This document shows positions 29,258 through 32,000 of a stretch of 32,000 nucleotides of DNA, piece after piece. This DNA is from Candidatus Brocadia sp. Its GTDB lineage: Bacteria > Planctomycetota > Brocadiia > Brocadiales > Brocadiaceae. Location: NCBI GenBank assembly GCA_021650915.1, contig CP091279.1:120001-152000 (forward strand), in the 5' to 3' direction. Position 1 is the first letter of the stretch. Every line of letters begins with the position of its first letter. The notes beneath the pieces are model-generated. The model worked only from the letters and a program-made list of their open reading frames with translations. It did not search any database and was not told the origin of the DNA. The position numbers were made by a program, and so were the translations under genes.

Positions 29258-30794
29258 GTAATATGAAAAAGCAGCGTCCTTCCAAGGAGGTTAAAAAGCC
29301 TTGAATAGGCGATAACCTTTTGTGATATTAAATATCATAAAGGCTTTAGACCACCAATTAAGGTGGTAAGTCTTTAAACCTTGGAAAGGAGGCTGTATGA
29401 TAAAGTATATAGGATTGGATGCACATTCGTCAACATGTACATTCAATGTGACGGATGAAAGAGGGAGGGAAGTAGACAACACTACGATTGAGAGCAATGG
29501 CCGGCTTTTGGTGAAGTATGTGAGGGGAGTGGAGGGTGTTAAGAAACTGACCTTTGAAGAGTGTGAATTAAGCAACTGGCTGTATGAGATATTGAGACCA
29601 GAAGTAGATGAGTTGATCGTATGCAATCCAGTAGCAAACGGAGACTACAAGAAGAAAAAGACGGACAAGATGGATGCCAGGAAGCTGTCGAATCTTTTGC
29701 GAGGAGGTTTTCTCGTACCGGTATATCATGATGGTTCAAAGAGGGAGAGGTTAAGGAGTTTAATGTCCGGGTATCAGGATTTCATTGAAGAGGGTGTGAG
29801 GCTAAAGAACCGATACAAATCCTTATTTCGGAAAAGTGGGAAGAAAATCAAAGGTGAAGCGTTATATAACGACGAGAGTTTCCTGGAAGGATTAGAGCGA
29901 AGAGACTTTCAATTTATTGGCACGCAGATCTATCAGCTTTTAGAGAAGATGGAAGAAGGCAGGCAGGAATATGTAAAAGAGATCGTTCGATGCAGTAAGG
30001 GATTTAAAGAGATAAAATATCTCAAGAGCATTCCCGGCATTGGGAGTATCCAGGCGGCGAAGATCGTATCACAGGTAATAGACCCGGAGAGGTTTAGCAG
30101 TAAGTACAAATATTACAGCTACTGTGGGTTGGTGAGGCATAAGAGGATAAGTGATGGGAGGGGATATGGGAGTGAAAAGATTTGGGGAAATCGGATATTA
30201 AAATGCGTATACAAGATGGCAGGACATTCGGTTTTAAAGGGTAAGAGCGGTTTAAGGAACTATTACGATACCTTGCGGTTGAAAGGCATCGGTCATGACA
30301 ATGCCTATAATGCAGTATGTCGTAAGATAGCGGCAATATCTTTAAGCGTGTGGAGGAAGAGTGAGAAATATAATGACAGACTGATCACTGGCAATCTAAT
30401 CAAGTAAAACAGGGCAAGAGGGCATGAAAGGCTGGTTCGCACCTGTTTTCTTGAGAGAGGGATGAGATCCACGTGTCATTGACCCAAAGAGGTCCAACGC
30501 AATGGTTGATCCGCCCTCGTTTAAATCGAAAATTACCATGCTCAGCAAAGAGCACCGATAGATGACTGAAAACCGATTGCCGAAGGTATTTCAGAGAAGG
30601 TAGTAGAAAGAAAACGATAATAATCTGTTTGTCATTCATGCACTCAGGACTTTATGGCTTGATTAGCCTCAGTTAAGCGGAAGGGACGCATGGCAAGAAA
30701 ACATTTCTTTGGTTTTTTTGTCAACAGGGATAATATTTTTTCTTGACATGCTTTTTCATAGATGACAACGTACAATATGTCATCGGAGGCATAG
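29258..30794 (+). mobile_element. IS110-family element (~1.54 kb, ends approximate)
   Basis: Sequence unique relative to C4, lying between CACTCGCAATG and CGGTGTCATTGCGAGGGCC of the small insert. Confidence 0.82.
29397..30407 (+). CDS. IS110-family DEDD transposase/recombinase
   Basis: YIGLDAHSSTCTFNVTDERG, KLTFEECELSNWLYE, DKMDARKLSNLL, and C-terminal SIPGIGSIQAAKIVSQVIDPERFSSKYKYYSYCGLVRHKRIS...NRILKCVYKMAGHSV. Confidence 0.95.
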   Translation: MIKYIGLDAHSSTCTFNVTDERGREVDNTTIESNGRLLVKYVRGVEGVKKLTFEECELSNWLYEILRPEVDELIVCNPVANGDYKKKKTDKMDARKLSNLLRGGFLVPVYHDGSKRERLRSLMSGYQDFIEEGVRLKNRYKSLFRKSGKKIKGEALYNDESFLEGLERRDFQFIGTQIYQLLEKMEEGRQEYVKEIVRCSKGFKEIKYLKSIPGIGSIQAAKIVSQVIDPERFSSKYKYYSYCGLVRHKRISDGRGYGSEKIWGNRILKCVYKMAGHSVLKGKSGLRNYYDTLRLKGIGHDNAYNAVCRKIAAISLSVWRKSEKYNDRLITGNLIK

Positions 30795-32000
30795 TCGGTG
30801 TCATTGCGAGGGCCTTTTCCGAAGCAATCTCCCCGCTTTCATAAAGGAAATTTGGTTGCGGCTGTGCCGCGCTATGGAATATGCTGGAACTGGACACATT
30901 CTGGAGGATGCGTCTGCCGTCAAGCCGGAAGGGGACAAGCTGGTTGAATATACTGAAGGCGCTTGTCTGTTACCGGTTGATCGATCCGGGAAGCGAATTT
31001 CGTTTTCACCGTGAGTGGTACGTGCGGAGCGCAACAGGCGATCTGCTGGGAGAGGATTATTCCCTGGCGCAGAAGGACAAGGCGTATCGTTGTTTGGATT
31101 TGTTGCTTGAGCATCGGGACGAGCTGTTTGCCTATTTAAAGGAGAAGTGGGGCAAGCTCTTTGGGGCGAAGTACGATGTACTGCTGTATGATTTGACGAG
31201 TACGTATTTTGAAAGTGACCCACCTCCGACTGGATCGGGGAGTAAGAAACGGTTTGGATATAGCCGGGACAAACGTTCGGATTGCGTGCAGGTGGTAGTG
31301 GCATTGGTGTTAACGCCGGAAGGATTTCCCGTTGCCTACGAAGTGTATCCGGGCAATACCAGAGACACCGCAACGCTGGAGGAATTTCTGGATCGGATTG
31401 AAAAGCAGTATGGGAAATTCCGGCGCACCTGGCTTATGGATCGCGGTATTCCAACGGAGGAGATGTTGGAAAAGATGCGTGAGCGCGGGATTGATTATTT
31501 GGTTGGGACTCCGAAGGGGCATTTGACGCGAGTAGAAAAACCGCTACTCGAACAAACCTGGATGCGGGCGAGGGAGAGCGTCCGCGTGAAAGTTCTTCGG
31601 CAGGAATCGGAGTTTTACGTTTACGTGGAAAGCCATGACCGGGTGTCTAAGGAGCGTGCCATGCGTCGGCGCAGACTCAGACGTCTGTGGGTGGGCTTGC
31701 GCGAACTTCGCAATCGAAAAGCCCTCACGCGCGATGACCTGTTCATGCATATTGGCGCGTTAAAGAAAGAAGCCGGACGAGACTACAGACTGGTCACGAT
31801 CTCCATTCCCAAACCGCAGGAACCGGTCAATGAGAATACGTTCCGGTTCAGTTTGGATCGGGAACGCCTGAGGCAGGCGTATCGGCGCGAGGGCGTTATT
31901 TGCTTCGTTCCAACATGCAGGCCACCGCGCCAGAAACCGTCTGGGAAAATTATTTGCTGTTGACACGGATAGAACAGGCATTTAAGGACTTGAAGGGGTC

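Larger units (their letters stand above)
28674..32000 (+). mobile_element. IS-A copy C5, continues past the window end; interrupted by the same small insert (from 29151) and by an IS110-family element
   Basis: N-terminal transposase part 28773-29153, remainder 30881-31963+. Frameshift near 31890 (GCGAGGGCG instead of GCGAGGGGCG). Confidence 0.9.

Noticed and set aside
30801-31373. Long antisense ORFs over IS-A copies (also 13666..14298, 14043..14762, 27030..27602)
   Set aside because: They are mirrored on the opposite strand of every transposase copy and reflect codon bias; no independent coding evidence.

Overview
This window looks like an anammox-type planctomycete genome, judged only from gene style. 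It contains a conserved housekeeping segment and a dense nest of interrupted, truncated and tandemly duplicated mobile elements. Core genes: a LolA-like protein and HAD phosphatase (793-2101); a ResB/CcsA cytochrome c maturation pair with a PpiC/SurA-type isomerase (17766-20672); tRNA-Leu(UAA) and tRNA-Cys(GCA); a coiled-coil membrane protein; and dnaE (22722-26192). Mobile DNA: five copies of one ~2.0 kb IS1634-like element, here called IS-A, with ends CCCGACTTTCGCAATTCG. The copies are window-edge truncated (C1), split by a ~2.0 kb group II intron (C2), carrying a nonsense mutation (C3), interrupted by a ~216 bp mobile repeat (C4), and interrupted by that same repeat plus an IS110-family element and a 1-nt frameshift (C5). 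A second IS1634-like element (IS-B) is split by an ISNCY/IS5-like element with a clean 6-bp target duplication. An ISL3-family element with perfect 19-bp inverted repeats truncates an orphan cas6-like gene. Smaller signals: a 153-bp MITE with a direct target duplication, a candidate GEMM/c-di-GMP-I-like aptamer followed by a strong intrinsic terminator upstream of small exported-protein genes, a 20-bp palindromic hairpin, and an IS110 element sitting in the loop of a REP-like inverted repeat with long non-coding ends (candidate bridge RNA). I found no convincing new multi-gene defence system. The best leads are the riboswitch candidate, the IS110/REP arrangement and the nested-IS rearrangement history.
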